From the human T2T-CHM13v2.0 reference genome, Homo sapiens, in NCBI RefSeq assembly GCF_009914755.1, contig NC_060929.1: a DNA stretch of 64,000 nt; one strand, written 5' to 3'. The position numbers were made by a program, and so were the translations under genes. Of this stretch, positions 63,794-64,000 are shown piece after piece; the stretch's first letter is position 1; each line of letters opens with the position of its first letter. The notes below the pieces were generated by a model. That model did no database searches. It was not told the DNA's origin and saw nothing but the letters and a program-made list of their open reading frames with translations.

Positions 63794-64000
63794 TATTATA
63801 AGCTCATAGCTAACATTATCCTCAACACTGAAGTAGTGAAAGCTTTCCTTTAAGATTAGGAACAAGATAAAGGTGTCCACTCTTGCCACATAGTATTGGA
63901 TGTTATAGCCAGAGCAATTGGGCAAAAAAGAAAATTAATAAAAAGCAACCAAATCAGAAAGGAAGAAACATAAATGTCTCTGTTTGGAGATGACATGACA

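Overview
Primate (almost certainly human, 5q35.3-like) repeat-dense genomic DNA. The only protein-coding gene read directly is BTNL8 on the + strand: signal-peptide exon 43674-43722, IgV exon 52949-53296 and IgC exon 55702-55977, all phase 1, with the gene continuing past the window. A CpG-island promoter and first exon of a minus-strand gene lies at about 5.2-6.2 kb (likely ZFP62, by recalled synteny only). The rest is mostly transposon-derived: three full-length but disrupted L1PA elements, an old host L1M, many Alus, solo LTRs, DNA transposons, Y4 and U6 retrocopies, and a 9x69-bp tandem repeat. The top finding is a full-length antisense L1 whose 5' end lies about 48 bp upstream of BTNL8 exon 2. 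It retains an intact 71-aa ORF0 whose first splice donor is in the same phase as the exon-2 acceptor, predicting an in-frame ORF0-BTNL8 fusion from the L1 antisense promoter. Two inverted L1s also share apparently private mutations, suggesting gene conversion. Repeat subfamily names come from recalled consensus sequences and their boundaries are approximate; nothing was computed or searched.
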